From NCBI RefSeq assembly GCF_009914755.1, contig NC_060926.1: 64,000 bases of DNA; one strand, 5' to 3'. The DNA is from the human T2T-CHM13v2.0 reference genome, Homo sapiens. Positions within the stretch are counted from its first letter, which is position 1. Every line of letters starts with the position of its first letter. The notes beneath the pieces were generated by a model. It worked only from the letters and a program-made list of their open reading frames with translations, ran no database searches and was not told where the DNA came from. The translations under genes and the position numbers were made by a program. Below are positions 25,661-39,135 of the stretch, in pieces.

Positions 25661-26132
25661 TATATTTGTTGTTGCTATTTCATGAAAGATTTTTCCCTTC
25701 TCATTTAATAAGACAAAAGAAGCTCTTTAGTTTTCATCTCAATGAAAAGTCTAGTTGGGACCATAATTCTGCCTTGCTTACATGTTAGCTACTACGGCAG
25801 GGTAAATTATTACATGAAAAGTCGATGCTTAACACAGCATGTGCACTATATATATGTTCCTTTCTTCAGATCCAAGTACATAGTGAGGCCTCTGTGCTCC
25901 TCTGCCTTAGGGCAAGTTAGTGGGGCCACTAAAAAGGAAAACTTAAGGACAATTTTCTTAAAGACCACTTCCCCCTAGATATTTTTTGGAGACCTAAATT
26001 CATTGAGGTATCTCAGAGGAAATGGGGAAATTTCTGAGGGAGCAGCAGAACAGTGGGGTACAGAAACAAGAAGAAACAGAGGTCTAGGTTCTGAGGGTAG
26101 AACCTGTGGCCAGCTCCACTGTGGCAGTTTCA

Positions 26133-26186
26133 TTGTCCTCAGTTTCATCACAGTCGTCTGCAACTATCCAGCCATACACTGGCTTG
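26133..26186 (-). repeat. 54-bp intronic copy of LY75 exon 2 coding sequence (source 25212-25265)
   Basis: 53/54 identity read directly; the single difference is 26162 A versus 25241 T. Confidence 0.95.
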
Positions 26187-27079
26187 TGGCACCCTCAGGA
26201 AGGCGACAGGGCCTGGGGAAAGCCTGGGGGGATTGACAGTGTGGATCACCTAAGAAGGCTGAACCCCAAACTCCAGGAACTACCAAAGTGATGGCTGATG
26301 AGTCTTGAGCCACCAGATACAAGATCCTGTGGGTTTGGACAATGGAAAACCCAGAGGTAACCAGCGGGATCCAATGACTAAAGAAGAATCCTCCCTGAAT
26401 GTTCCCCTGGCACTTTGCATGAGCTGGCAAAGACCCCAGTAAGGACAATTATTGAAGTTCTGGCAACCTGGTGGAATGGGAGCTCAGCATCAAATTTAAT
26501 TTGGATTTCTGAAAATAAAGTAATGCATTGTTTCTTGCACACCTGAGTTTGTGGAATAAGATTCACATCTGTTACAACAAACTATAATCAGATAATTTGG
26601 TTAGTTATTTTACAAAGGAAAATTTTAAACAATTACAGCACAAATCATGTTGATAAGAGTAAAGCTGAAATATCTTAGACAAGCTTAAGCAATCACTGTC
26701 AGTGAACCAGAGTTCAGCAGAAAGACCTGTAAAATTTTGGTTCCCAAAAGGCACTTTCATTTTGATACCAGCTTCACAGTCACTGGTTTCACTAACACCA
26801 GATGCTTTTCCTAGTAATAATTCAAAGGCTTTCAGAGTTAAAAATTCCCATACCAGGGACTGGTGACTTGAGGGGAATTTTACCATGTAAATAATAACTA
26901 TAAAATTAAGTCTCACTGCAGCTTGAACTTTGGAAGGATTTTTTTGTTTTGTTTTAAATAACAGAAGCAACGACAAGAGAAACAACAACAGCAACAACAA
27001 TCCTTTAAAGCTTAAAGTTATTTTAAATCTGAATTTTAAAAGTATTCCACAGGATTGCAGCTAAGGATGTTTGCCATAG

Positions 27080-27412
<333 letters not shown>

Positions 27413-30400
27413 TGACATTCCTCTGCCATTTTCTACTTGATGGACACAGGCTGGGAAGACAGTCAACAAAAAAGGAAAATGTGCTATAAGATTACTACTT
27501 ACACTTTCTCTCATGGCCTTCTCCCACAATTCAATAGCTACTCAGATCTCTGATCTACATCTTTTCCAAAGTATTCTCTCTTGCCTCTCCAAAATAAATC
27601 TTGCATTCCAAAGTATCAAAAATTACAGAAGAAAAAAGAAGTCTGCTCCTGCAGGAGACGTGCCCATCACCCTTGTTGGAAACAGCCCCTCTCCTGCCCT
27701 GTAGTCTTGCTGCTGTCTTTCCCGGGCATTCTGCTTTGTGTGCTGGATCCCAAACAGGTGAACTGGGGAAGCAGCAGCTTTGCCTTCCTTTGCAGTTTGC
27801 AGTTCTGGATTTTTCAAAATTTTTGTAGAATCCAATGGATTAGCTACATTTCTTTATACAGTGGAAAAAGCAGGAGTTAGGAGTCCGAGATTGAAACACT
27901 AAAACACTACAGGAGAGGTGTGGAGTAGCTATGTTAAAGTGGAGCTGCCAAACTTCCTAACAAACTGCTACATCTCTGAATATAGATGTTTTTCTCAGAC
28001 TAATCCCTTGTTTGAACCAAGTATGCAATTTCAATGTGACACTTATAGTGGTCACTTAGTACAGATCTTAATTATTGATATACTTAAAGGAAACTTATTA
28101 GCCTCCATATATAAGGTATGTATAAACATACATTAGATAGGGAGAGTCCTATCCTTTCATGATGCTTCCCCGTATCTTTCTTTAACCTTAGCAGGAGCTG
28201 TTGAAACTGCCTCAGTCTTACGACCCTTATTGGGATAGTAGGTTGAAGAGCTGGAAGGAGGACTGAGAAAGTGTGAACATAATCCCTTATTTAGAAAATT
28301 TGGTACAGAAGGGCATATAAGCTATTTTAGAAATATACTTTGAAAAGGTAATTACAGAGTAGATTTTATTGTATAAAACTTATTTTATAAAATAGATTCT
28401 TTATCAATAGCTTTCTACTGCGTTTTGTTCACTTTACAACTTTATACCAGTCCTCAATGGAGTTTTAATATTTACCTCCAAGTACAATATTGGGGCAAAT
28501 CTAAAAGGCAGAAGTTGATGAAGAGAAGCCTCATTACCCCCTAGATGCATTTTGTATATGCTTCATGTTATATAAATTCTCCAGTGGTGTTTGAGAGAAA
28601 ATGGCTAAGTAGCATTACCATAAATTGAAAATAAATTTTTAGTATTTTTACATCCATCAAAGGCAAATCATCTCTTTCAGTGTTTTCTTATTGTCTGATC
28701 ACTAAATAATTCCTGCCTTTGGTCCCTAGACCAAAGAGCTTCACACATTCCAAAGAGAAGCTGGATATTGACATTTATAACCACAGACAAATGGATAGGG
28801 AAATAGCTTGGGAAAACAAGAAGGATGAAGATGGCAGCATTTATAATTTCAGGGGAACCGTCCATAGATCACATATTAAGCATTTTGTAGAGTCTCTACC
28901 ATGTGTTCGGAATGTACAGGTAGGTGCAGCAAGAGAGAATCAGAAGTCTAGGTTTGTTAGTTCAAAAACAGGTCCTGAAGTGACAGTTGAGTCCATGGCA
29001 ATGTCCAGGGAGTCAGAAAGTCTTCACGCACGATTGGGTGGTGTTGGCTGGTGAAAACCTCAGGAGTCCCTGATGGATTGGTTTACTTCAAGCTGTTAGC
29101 TCTCCAAGCAGGCAAAAATGTAAACTAAGCACCTGGCATCTCTCCAAGGACACAGAGGGGCTCCTTCAGTGTTTGGGTAATAGAGGCCACCTGCACAAGC
29201 CTAGCCGTGCACATGTGACGAGGTGCATGCCATCACCAGCATCATGAAGCGGACACTCTTGCCAAACAATTGACCCAAATGGCTGGGGGTTCAAAATTCC
29301 AGTGCTTCCCCAAACAAGGCCACAAGTCTGCTCTGAGGGTGAGAGAAAATCGATCAGAGTAGCTGCTAGGAGTAAGGAAGGATACAGGATAACAAAACCT
29401 GTGGGGACCTAGCACAGGGGGAACAGAGTTAAACCTGGTGCTTTTCGCTTTGGGTCAGTGATAAAGGGCAGTGATTGCAGAGATTGCAAGAATTAGGGAA
29501 ATCCTGAAATTTGTGAAGGAGATAAAAACAGGACTGAAGCAGATGTCGATGGGAACCAAGAGGTTAGTGATTGAAAAGTTAGTGCATTTTCACTGTAGTT
29601 AGTTGCTGCAGTGAACTTTTCCACCTTGGATTGTGGGGCAGGCAGAATAAATTATCAAGGCAATAAAGGATCTTATTTTAAAGGATTCTTTTGGTAGTTC
29701 CTAGCACACAGGGTCAAAGGAGAATAGAGAAGTGTGACTCAGAGCAGGGTTCATTTCCAGGTCCTTGCTGTAGATAGGATGATGCCATTCACACTCTGAG
29801 AAATCTCTTCCCATCGCTCTCCGAAGGAAGTCTAAACCAGATGGTAACTTAGCTTAGCTGCAAAGAAAATAAGAGCCACCAACAATTTAATGTTTTTCAA
29901 ACTGCCTGGACAATCTTTTCCTTCCTCATACAGGCACGATAACAGAAGTGGCCGGTGGAGGGTGGCCCATTGAGTGCCCATGATGCAGTCCAACCAAGAA
30001 ACAAAGTTCTCTGCACACCCCTCGCCCAGGCAAAAAGAGAAAGTAAAAGCAACCGGTTGCTGCCAAGGGGTGTGGTGTAGTGGGGCTGGCACTACCCTGA
30101 ACATCAATGAAGGCTGTCTGTTTCTGGTCCTGCTTCCGCAGTGAGAGGCAGCAGGTCCCCAAGCAGGCGACCTGCCCTTCACCGTGAGGCTGTCAGCCTT
30201 GGGGGAGCGGGGTCATTTGGAGCTGATAAACCAATGAGAAGAAAGGTTTGTTGCTCTAGGCGGTGGGTGAGGGCATCATAGCTGACTCTTGGTCTTGGTC
30301 ACTTTCGGAGGAGATGGTTTATTTAACCTGACTTCCTTCCTGATGCGCACCGTAGGCGCAGTGAAATCCGGGAATCGTGGGGAATCCTTGGCGCTGTGGG

Positions 30401-30840
30401 TGGAGGCTCCTCTTGGCCCTGTGGCCAAGGTGACCAAGGGCCGAAGGAAAAGCGAGAACGGGAGGGACGGGACGCAAGAGGGCAGATGGGGAACCCCATA
30501 CTCCAGCAACATTATATAAGAGAGGCGACGATGGAGCAGCGCACCCGGCCAAAAAAGCCTCCGTGCGCCTACTCTACGGTGCACCGCGTCCCCTCTGCAC
30601 CAGAAGGGCCCTGTCCTCCCACATCCACCGCGCCCTCCTCCGGGCCCCCGAGGGCACTGGGGCGCTTCCTCTGCCAGACCTCCCCTGCGACTCACTCTTC
30701 CGGCTCCAGAGCTCCCCCGCCCCAACAGCAAAGCAGCCGTGACCTGCCCCAGGGGCGCAGCCCTGCCCCAGGCTGGAAGGCAGCAGAGCTGTGGCGTCGA
30801 GGCACCCAGCGGACTGCGGGGCTGGCGTGCCCGCGGTTAC

Positions 30841-30934
30841 CTGCGCGGCCAGAGGGCTCCGCGAGATCGAAGAACCAGAAGAGCAGCATGAGGAGCCCCG
30901 CCGGGCGGCGAGGGGTCGCCCAGCCTGTCCTCAT
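30841..30934 (-). CDS. LY75: LY75 coding exon 1 (signal peptide): MRTGWATPRRPAGLLMLLFWFFDLAEPSGRA
   Basis: ATG at 30934 (CTCAGGATGA), hydrophobic core LLMLLFWFF, GCAG|gtaacc donor, 94 coding nt, phase 1. Splices in frame to exon 2. Confidence 0.97.
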
Positions 30935-31039
30935 CCTGAGCTGGCGCAAGCCTTCCGGCCGGGTCCTCGGGCGCACGCGGCTCCCGCCCCGCCTGCTGAG
31001 CGCGGCCTGCCCCGCCCGCACCTCTGTCTAGGCCTCTGG

Positions 31040-31135
31040 GGGCGCCCCGGCCCCGCCCCCGCCGCCCTCGGCCAATCAGACGTGCGTCTCCTCGGCCCCG
31101 GGGCGGAGCGGGCCAGGTGTGGGAAATGAACAGGG
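31040..31135 (-). promoter_or_regulatory. LY75 proximal promoter: GC boxes, CCAAT box (31072-31076), ETS/IRF-like GGAAATGAA
   Basis: CCCCGCCCCC at 31051-31060, GGGGCGGAG near 31100, CCAATCAG; lies immediately upstream of exon 1. TSS position is inferred, not seen. Confidence 0.7.
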
Positions 31136-32098
31136 CTGGGCGCTAGATACCTGCGTGGGGTAGGACCCGCGAGGAAGAGGTACGTGCGGATCGGTGGGAG
31201 AGCCAGGCACCAGACAGGCTCCTGCACTGGAGGGTTCGGTCCCCGCCTCTTCATCAGCCAAGCTGGGGAGATGCGGCCCTTACTGGGACTTGGCACCGCC
31301 CTGGTGGGTGGGTTCTATCAGTTTAGAACCTTGGCCTCTGCCTGGCGCACTGTGGTCAGGGACGACTTCTCCATTCCAGCCTGGACTGGAAAGGGACCCA
31401 TGATCTCTTCTACCCCGGAGGAGGAAGTGAGCACCTGCCCTGTGGGTGGCTGCGGCCAAGCCTAAGAATTCAGTCGTCCTTGGCAACGTCTTGGGTATTT
31501 TGACAGTGCAAACAAAGGTGGAATAATGGTACACTGCAGTTCTACCCACAGTTGTTAAAGAATTAAAAGCAAGAATTACTAGAATGACCAAACGACACTT
31601 CCAAGGATGACTTATGCTTTATAAAAAGTTGACCTTTGCGAGTAAGCTCTTTGCTTAATAATTTAATGATAATAATAATTAGCTGGTAGAAATGTAGAAG
31701 TCTGCATGCAGAACCAGAAATTTCATGTCCCACTCACTCTCTTCCTGTGGACACTGCTATCATTATAAAGAGGCCAAATTCTTAATGACCTAAGTTGCTC
31801 AAATGTGAATGTTTTATACTTTTAAATCTCGTCTTTGCTGAGCACATAATGTGTACTTGAGGTGGCCTCCATCCTTGTTGCATGAGGATGCAAAGACCTA
31901 GGTTGCTCTTCCTGACTCCCACTGCCAAGGTTTCACAGTTGGCTCCCAAACCTGCTCTGTCCTCTCCCCAGGGTCTGGCCTTTCAGTTCCATAGATATAG
32001 TGAGCACCTGCCATCACAGGATCTGGGCACGCCATGGAACAGAAGGACAAAAAGACAACATCTCTGCCCTCCCCTGAATACTGGGGAGACTGAGGCAC

Positions 32099-32628
32099 TG
32101 TGATGGATAATATTGTCAGCTCGATTGATATGAACGAATGCAAAGTATTGTTCCTGGGTGTGTCTGTGAGGGTGTTGCCAAGGAGATTAACAGTGGACTG
32201 GGAGAGGCGGACCAGCCCTCAGTCTGGGTGGGCACCATCTCATCAGCTGCCAGCATGGCTAGAATAAAAGCAGGCAGAAGTTGGAAGGACTTGACTGGCT
32301 GAGTCTCCTGGCCTTCACCTTTCTCCCGTGCTAGATGCTTCCTACCCTCGAACATCGGACTCCAGGTTCTTCAGCTTTTGGACTCTTAGACCTATAAAAG
32401 TGGTTTGTCAGGGGATCTCTGGCCTTCAGCCACAGACTGAAGGCTGCACTGTTGGCTTCCCTACTTCTGAGGTTTTGGAACTCGGACTGGCTTCTTTGTT
32501 CCTCAGCTTGCAGACAGCCTATTGTGGGACTTCACCTTGTGATCATATGAGTCAATACTCCTTAATAAACTCCCTTTCATATATACATGTATCCTATTAG
32601 TCCTGTCCCTCTAGAGAACCCTAATACA
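32099..32628 (+). mobile_element. MLT2A (MLT2A2-like) ERVL solo LTR
   Basis: TGTGATGG...CTAATACA, 530 bp, perfect 5-bp TSD GGCAC (32094-32098 / 32629-32633), AATAAA near the 3' end. Confidence 0.9.
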
Positions 32629-33488
32629 GGCACACTCAGTGACACAGGGCAGAATGAATGGGGAAACTCTGACAAATGTTGAGGGAAGGCAACATCTTAG
32701 CTGGGTCTTAAAGAATGGGTAGGAATTTGAGCAGGCACAGCTGGTGGGAGAAAACCAGTGACAGGGCAGAGGCCAGAAAATGCAAGCAGAGTCAGAAGAC
32801 AGTCCAGAGTCCAGGGTAGCTGCCCTGCGGGGGGTGTGTCTGTGAGAGAGATCAAAGTGGTTGTGGTGGGGGCCCCAGTGGAAATGACAGCAGAAAGGTG
32901 AGTTGTGTCTGTTTTGTGAAGGGCCTTGAATTTATTCTAAGGCACAGATGGTGGGAAGTTCTGAGTAGGAGAACCTGCCACTGACCTGATCCCCTCTGCC
33001 TCTGTGGCTGCCTGCCTTTCTTTCTGATCCTGCCCAGCTTGGAGCTCCTTGAGGGCAGTGGTCTTGCCGTATTCATTATCACATCCTCAACACTGGGCAC
33101 AGGGCCTGTCCCAAAGTCAGCTCTCAATAAATGTTAGTTTAATCGATGGATGGATTCCTAGGGCCACCACCTTAGCCTAGGGCCATATGAGCTCCTACTT
33201 GCATTATATTGCAATAATTTATCAATTGACCTCACTGCCAACAGTTATTATCCTCTCTGGCAAATGAATCCTTCTAAACACTGTTTGGAACATGCCACTT
33301 TTCTACTCAAATCCTTTCAGTGCTATTTGCATATAGCAGGAGCTCCTAAATGCTACTTAAGGGAAATTATGAAACCCTGAAATTTTATGCAGCTTTATAA
33401 ATGCACTATGTTTTGAGGAGGAGGAGGAAGGGTACAAGGCTTTCATGAGAATCCCAGAGAAGCCCATGATACAAAAAGAAAACTCTAA

Positions 33489-33816
<328 letters not shown>

Positions 33817-35089
33817 TAATCTGACCCTTTCTCTTTACTCCCTTCATATGTCACTCTTTGGTTCAAGCTACCTGTCTGAACCTGTCTTGCCTTTTCTTAT
33901 CTCTGCCCATATATGCATATCCAGAATGCCATTTTCCCTTTGTCTTAGTTCCAACCTTTCTTGAAGTTTCTGTTTAGATCTGACATTTTACGTAAAACAC
34001 TTCTACCAAGGGGTTAACCTTCTTCCAAATATCTACCTAATAGTGTGAATTCCTTTCACTTGGTATTTAACATGTATTACCTCTTGCCACGATTTTTTCT
34101 TCAGGGACATGTGCACTGATTATTTCACCTAGGTTATAGATTCTCAGTAAATATTGTCAATGGTGACAATAAAAAGCAATGTGTCCTTCAGGTCTCACCT
34201 TGGACGTTACTTTCTCAAAGAAATTTTTTTTTTTGACTCTACAGTCTAGGTGAGCTTCCTCTATAACAGGTTCTCCAGGCTTCCCACACTTCTTCCTGAT
34301 AGCACTTAGCACAGCTGGAGTAGATCATTCTGTGCTTGCTCATTTGTTTAATGTGTATCTCCCTCACCAGGCTGCAGGCTCCATGAAGACAGTGACTATG
34401 CCTGCTTCATTCACTTCTGTGTCCCTAATACCTGGCACATGATTTGCTGCATGAATGAATAAGTAAATATATAGTAATACCTCATAAATGATGCAGGCAA
34501 TGGAAGGTCTAGACATTTAAAAGAGGGGAAAATTGGCTTGGGTGGGGGCAGCAGTTTTCAGGCATTGAACTGGATGTCCTTGGATGAGAAGCATTCAGTA
34601 GATAGAGGCAATGAAGATGCTACAAGCTGAGACAATGGTATAAACAAATTACAAACATCGGCCACCCACTGGAAGCCAGACCATGTGCTAAGCATTTCCC
34701 ATGTACTCTCTTGTTTAGGAATCATCCTACAAAGTAAGTACTCCTATAATCCTCATTTTATAAATGTGGAAACTAAGACAACACAGAGAAGACTGATACC
34801 TAGACCAGGTTAGTAGCCACAAGTGAAGACACTATGATGGAAATCTAACTATAGAACTTGAATGAGTGTGTGAGAGTGTTAGTGATATTTTATTCCCAAT
34901 CACAATTAGGGAGGAGGGGAAAAGGAGCTTTTAGAATCTCTGAAGTCACGTTTTTTAATTATAAAATAAATCATACCCCAAAAAAGAATAGCTATGCTTG
35001 TTGGCCTCTTGTGGTCATATTCACCTTACTCCCACATAGAGGTAACCTCTCCTCTGAATTATTCATCACTGTTTCTTTACCGTTTTCCC

Positions 35090-35720
35090 ATATATGATTC
35101 ATTCCTTAAAGAGTACCTATAATTTTACATGTTTTTGAATTTTATGTAAATGAATCATTTCAAGGGTTGGGTTTTTTTTGTCACTTGTCTTTTTGCTTTA
35201 AATTCTGTCTGTGACATTCATCTGTGTTGGTGTGTGTAGTTGTAGTTCATTCATTTTTATGTAACATTTCATTATAAGAATAAAGGACACTATGCATTCT
35301 CTTGTTGGGGGATGTTTGAGTAGTTTCCCGCTGGGTAGTTTCCATTTGGGTAGCTTGTATTTGCTGCTCTTAATGCTCCTGTGAAGTTTTTGTACCTGTC
35401 TCTTGGTGCACATTGCTAGAGTTTCCTGAGGATATGGTCCTAGAAATGGAATTCCTGGAGCACAGGGTATGTGTAGCATTACAATTATTGGACAATGCCA
35501 ATGAACTTTCTGATTTACACTCCCATTGGTGTGCATAAGCATTCCCACTGCTGAACATCTTCATCAACATTGGCATTGTAAAATTTTTGGTGGGGTGTAA
35601 AATGGTATCTGTTAGTGGTTTAAAATTGTATTACCCTGATTGCTAATGAGGTTGGACATATTTTTCTCTGTGTATTGGTTATTTGTATTTCCTTTTCACA
35701 TTCTTGTACAGGTTATTTGC
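35090..35720 (-). mobile_element. Old L1M 3' fragment
   Basis: Degraded L1 3' motifs (CCTAGAAATGGAATTCCTGG, TTTACACTCCCA, GATTGCTAATGAGGTTG). Confidence 0.65.
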
Positions 35721-35759
35721 CTGTTTTTTTCGATCTGTTCCCTGCCCTTTTCTGCTTTG

Positions 35760-36240
35760 AATCCCAAGTGGCTTGCACTTCCCAGACCCCTCTTGCCTGT
35801 TTCCTTCTGGTTAGGGTCAGCCAATGGCCTGAGATAGGAATTTGGAAGGAGTAGAACCCAGGGTATTTCTTTCCTCTCTGCTTTGGGAGAAGAGCAAGCA
35901 GTGGCTGTGCCTCTTTGTGGTTCTAGCTCCTGCCTGGAAGCCCCAGCCTTTGTGTTCCAACTCCCACCAGGCAACCTCTGCCATACTACCAGCAACTTTT
36001 GGGTTCTCCAACGTTCTAGCTCCTACAATGTATCCCTGGTTCCCGCACTGATAACATCCCTTCCCTGTCCTCAGGCCCCATGGATGTCAGTAGCTTGTCA
36101 TAGTCGTTGCTTTCAGAGTAGCCTCATAAGCACTTCTTTTTAGCTCTTCCAACACTTCTGTAACTCATTATTTCCCTATATTAGATTTCTTCAATTGAAC
36201 TACCTAGCATGGGTTTTGTTCTCTTTATTGGACCTTGATG
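35760..36240 (+). mobile_element. ERVL LTR (LTR33-like)
   Basis: CCCTCTTGCC...TCTGGTTAGGGTCAGCCAATGG and an LTR-type 3' end. Confidence 0.5.
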
Positions 36241-37954
36241 ATATTGATTTTACATACAACAGAATTGTACCTTGAGACAGCATCCAAAATTGAGTTAGAT
36301 GTGAACTAGAGAAACAACACATGGAACATATTCAACTGCATGGGGAGTTGTGGCATGAAGAGAACCAGTGTGGGATTCATATAAACTGCAATTATGACGA
36401 TGCCCACAGATTGTCCCAGGTGTAGTAAGAAGGACCCAGGAGGCCCAGATAAGGACTTTGTCAAAGAATAAATTTTAAACAATTCTCACTACACCACAAC
36501 AATTAAGATCTGCATTTATTCCTGGTCATAAGTAAACTCTTGAGGCCTGTAGTCATGGATGTAGACCTCAAAGGGCAAATATAAGGTTATAATTCAACCA
36601 CTTAAAAAACAAAAGCAAAACAAAAAATTGAGCAACTCATCTTATTAGAATAAACTGAATTTTCTCCACTGACTTTAGAAAGAATTTCAGACAAGCAAAT
36701 GCCCAACTAGCATATCTACCGAACGTGACAGCAGAGACTGGACAAGGAGTAGATTGGTAGACTCATCCACTTAGTCCACTCCCTGTCCTCTCCCTTTATA
36801 GACAAGGAAACTCTTGGGCTCAAGCAATCCGAATTTGAGGCCTGTCTTTTTTCTTTGTGGTATCTTTTATTGTATAGACATTTTAAGCTTTAATTTATTC
36901 AGCTGTATAAATCTTTTCTTTATGATGATGCATTTTATCCTTGTTTAAGAATTCCTTTCCTATTTGAAGATCATAAAATTATTCTCCTATACTTTCTTGT
37001 AAACATTAAAACATTTTCCTTTACACCTTTAGATTTTTAATCCACCTGGGGTACATTTGGCTTTATGATGAAAAATAGAAATTGTTAAATGTTTAATTAT
37101 CCCAAGTTATCCTTTCTACATTGATTCACAGTGCTTCTTCTGTCATACATACACATCCATAAATTAATGGGACAGTATCTGGGCTCTGTATATAGCTTCA
37201 TTAAAATGTATTCCCCTCATCTTTGCACCAATAGTAGCATACTATTTTTATACATTATACCTTTAGAATAAGGCTCAATTCCTGGTAGAGCAAAACAGTT
37301 CACTTGTTTTTCCTCTTCAAAATTACCTTGGCTAATCCTGCCCTTTTGCTCTTCTATCTGAACTTTAGAATCAGTGTGTCCAACTTTCATGAAAAACCTG
37401 TTTGGCTTTTCATTGGAACTGCATTTAAGAACTAATTTGAGAAAGATAACATCTTAATGATGCCGGTCTTTCATTCTTTGTGATCTTGGCCTTGCTCTTT
37501 CTTCAGTCTGGTCTTATTTGGCACCTGTCTGAATGCTAAACAGCGGATGGGAACTGGATTTGGCAGTTGTTTGGGTCTCACTAAAGGTTTCTGAGTGGAA
37601 AGAGTGACATAATGAGAGCCTTGTTTTGATAATATTGGTCTGAAAGTGGTAGCAATTTGATGGGAGACAAGAGATAGAGAAATCGATCAGGACTCTTGCA
37701 AAGGTCTAGGGGAACAATAATGGAAGTCTGAATTTTAGTGGTTGCAGTGGAAATGGAGATAAGATAGCTGTGAGAGACTTTCCAAAAATAACACAATTGC
37801 TCTCTTTTGTAAGAAAAAGAGCCAATCAGGCTTCCTGCTTCTCTTCTTAAAGAGAGATGAATGAAAAGCTCTGAAAGAAAAAGATGCTAAGACTTGCAGG
37901 GGTTACTTTCACCTGAGATAGTGAAAAATGATAATCACTGGAATAAGCCCTTAG

Positions 37955-38323
<369 letters not shown>

Positions 38324-39092
38324 TAGTTCAAATAGACCTCTTCCATGAAGCCAACCCTGATTCTATCAGTTAGAATGAGGATGCCTGACAGGTTTTCCTT
38401 TGTTTGACAATTATGTGGATGCTTGTCATTCACGTGGGAGCTGGAACCAAGTCTTATGTTTTTATTCTCTACTCTCTGGCACAATTCCTTTTAATGCAAG
38501 TAAAAGAATATCGTTTAGTAACAAGGGAAGATCATTCAAGAATAAAAATGGAAACTTTTGTTTCTTCCATAAATGACACTGGGTTTTTCTTCTCCCTTTT
38601 GGGGAGTAGGGTTTGGACCACTGTGCTGTATGAGGCCACTACAAGCGAATTTGGGTAGAATCTTTATGGGTCCTTCTATCCTCAATTCCTTCAAAGACAC
38701 CTTGTATATTTTGTGACTTCATCGATTGTTCTCCTGTTTTATAATATTGTCTATGTGTGAGTTCAATAGTTATTTGGTTTAAAGGATTTTTTAGCGTTTT
38801 ATTATTCTTACAGTGAAATAATGTAATGTATAAATCACCTACCAGATTACTCTGTGCAATTTGTAGAATGAAAGATAGATACCTAACAATTCAAAAATTA
38901 AAAACAGAATACAGTCATACATAAAAGTGTACCCTGTCTACCACGTAAATAGCTGTAATAGGTTTCTGTCCCATGGGCGCTCAGACTTCCCCTGTGAGTT
39001 AATGAAAAACTAAGAATATATTATTAAGGTTCTTAAGTGTGGTTCAACTCACATTGTTCTCAGTGAGAAAGGCTGACTTATGGAGCCTTTCT

Positions 39093-39135
39093 ATGTGTGT
39101 GCGTGTGTGCATGTGTGTGTGTGTTATGTGTGTGT
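39093..39135. repeat. Imperfect (TG)n microsatellite
   Basis: Seen directly. Confidence 0.85.

Larger units (their letters stand above)
30330..31300. promoter_or_regulatory. LY75: CpG island spanning LY75 promoter, exon 1 and start of intron 1
   Basis: Very high GC and CpG density compared with the flanks; contains the start codon. Confidence 0.92.

Noticed and set aside
30935-31021. N-terminal extension of LY75 shown in the ORF track (MRAGQAALS...)
   Set aside because: Non-ATG start, probably at or beyond the TSS; the ATG at 30934 directly precedes a normal signal peptide.
30396-31031. 211-aa antisense ORF over exon 1
   Set aside because: Starts at GTG and lies in a CpG island where stop codons are rare; low-complexity P/R/A/G composition with no recognisable domain. 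The good-context ATG at 30531 is too close to the TATA motif to be transcribed from it.
32115-32135. DUX4 binding site in the MLT2A LTR
   Set aside because: The region reads CTCGATTGATATG, several mismatches from the TGATTGGATTR-type motif.
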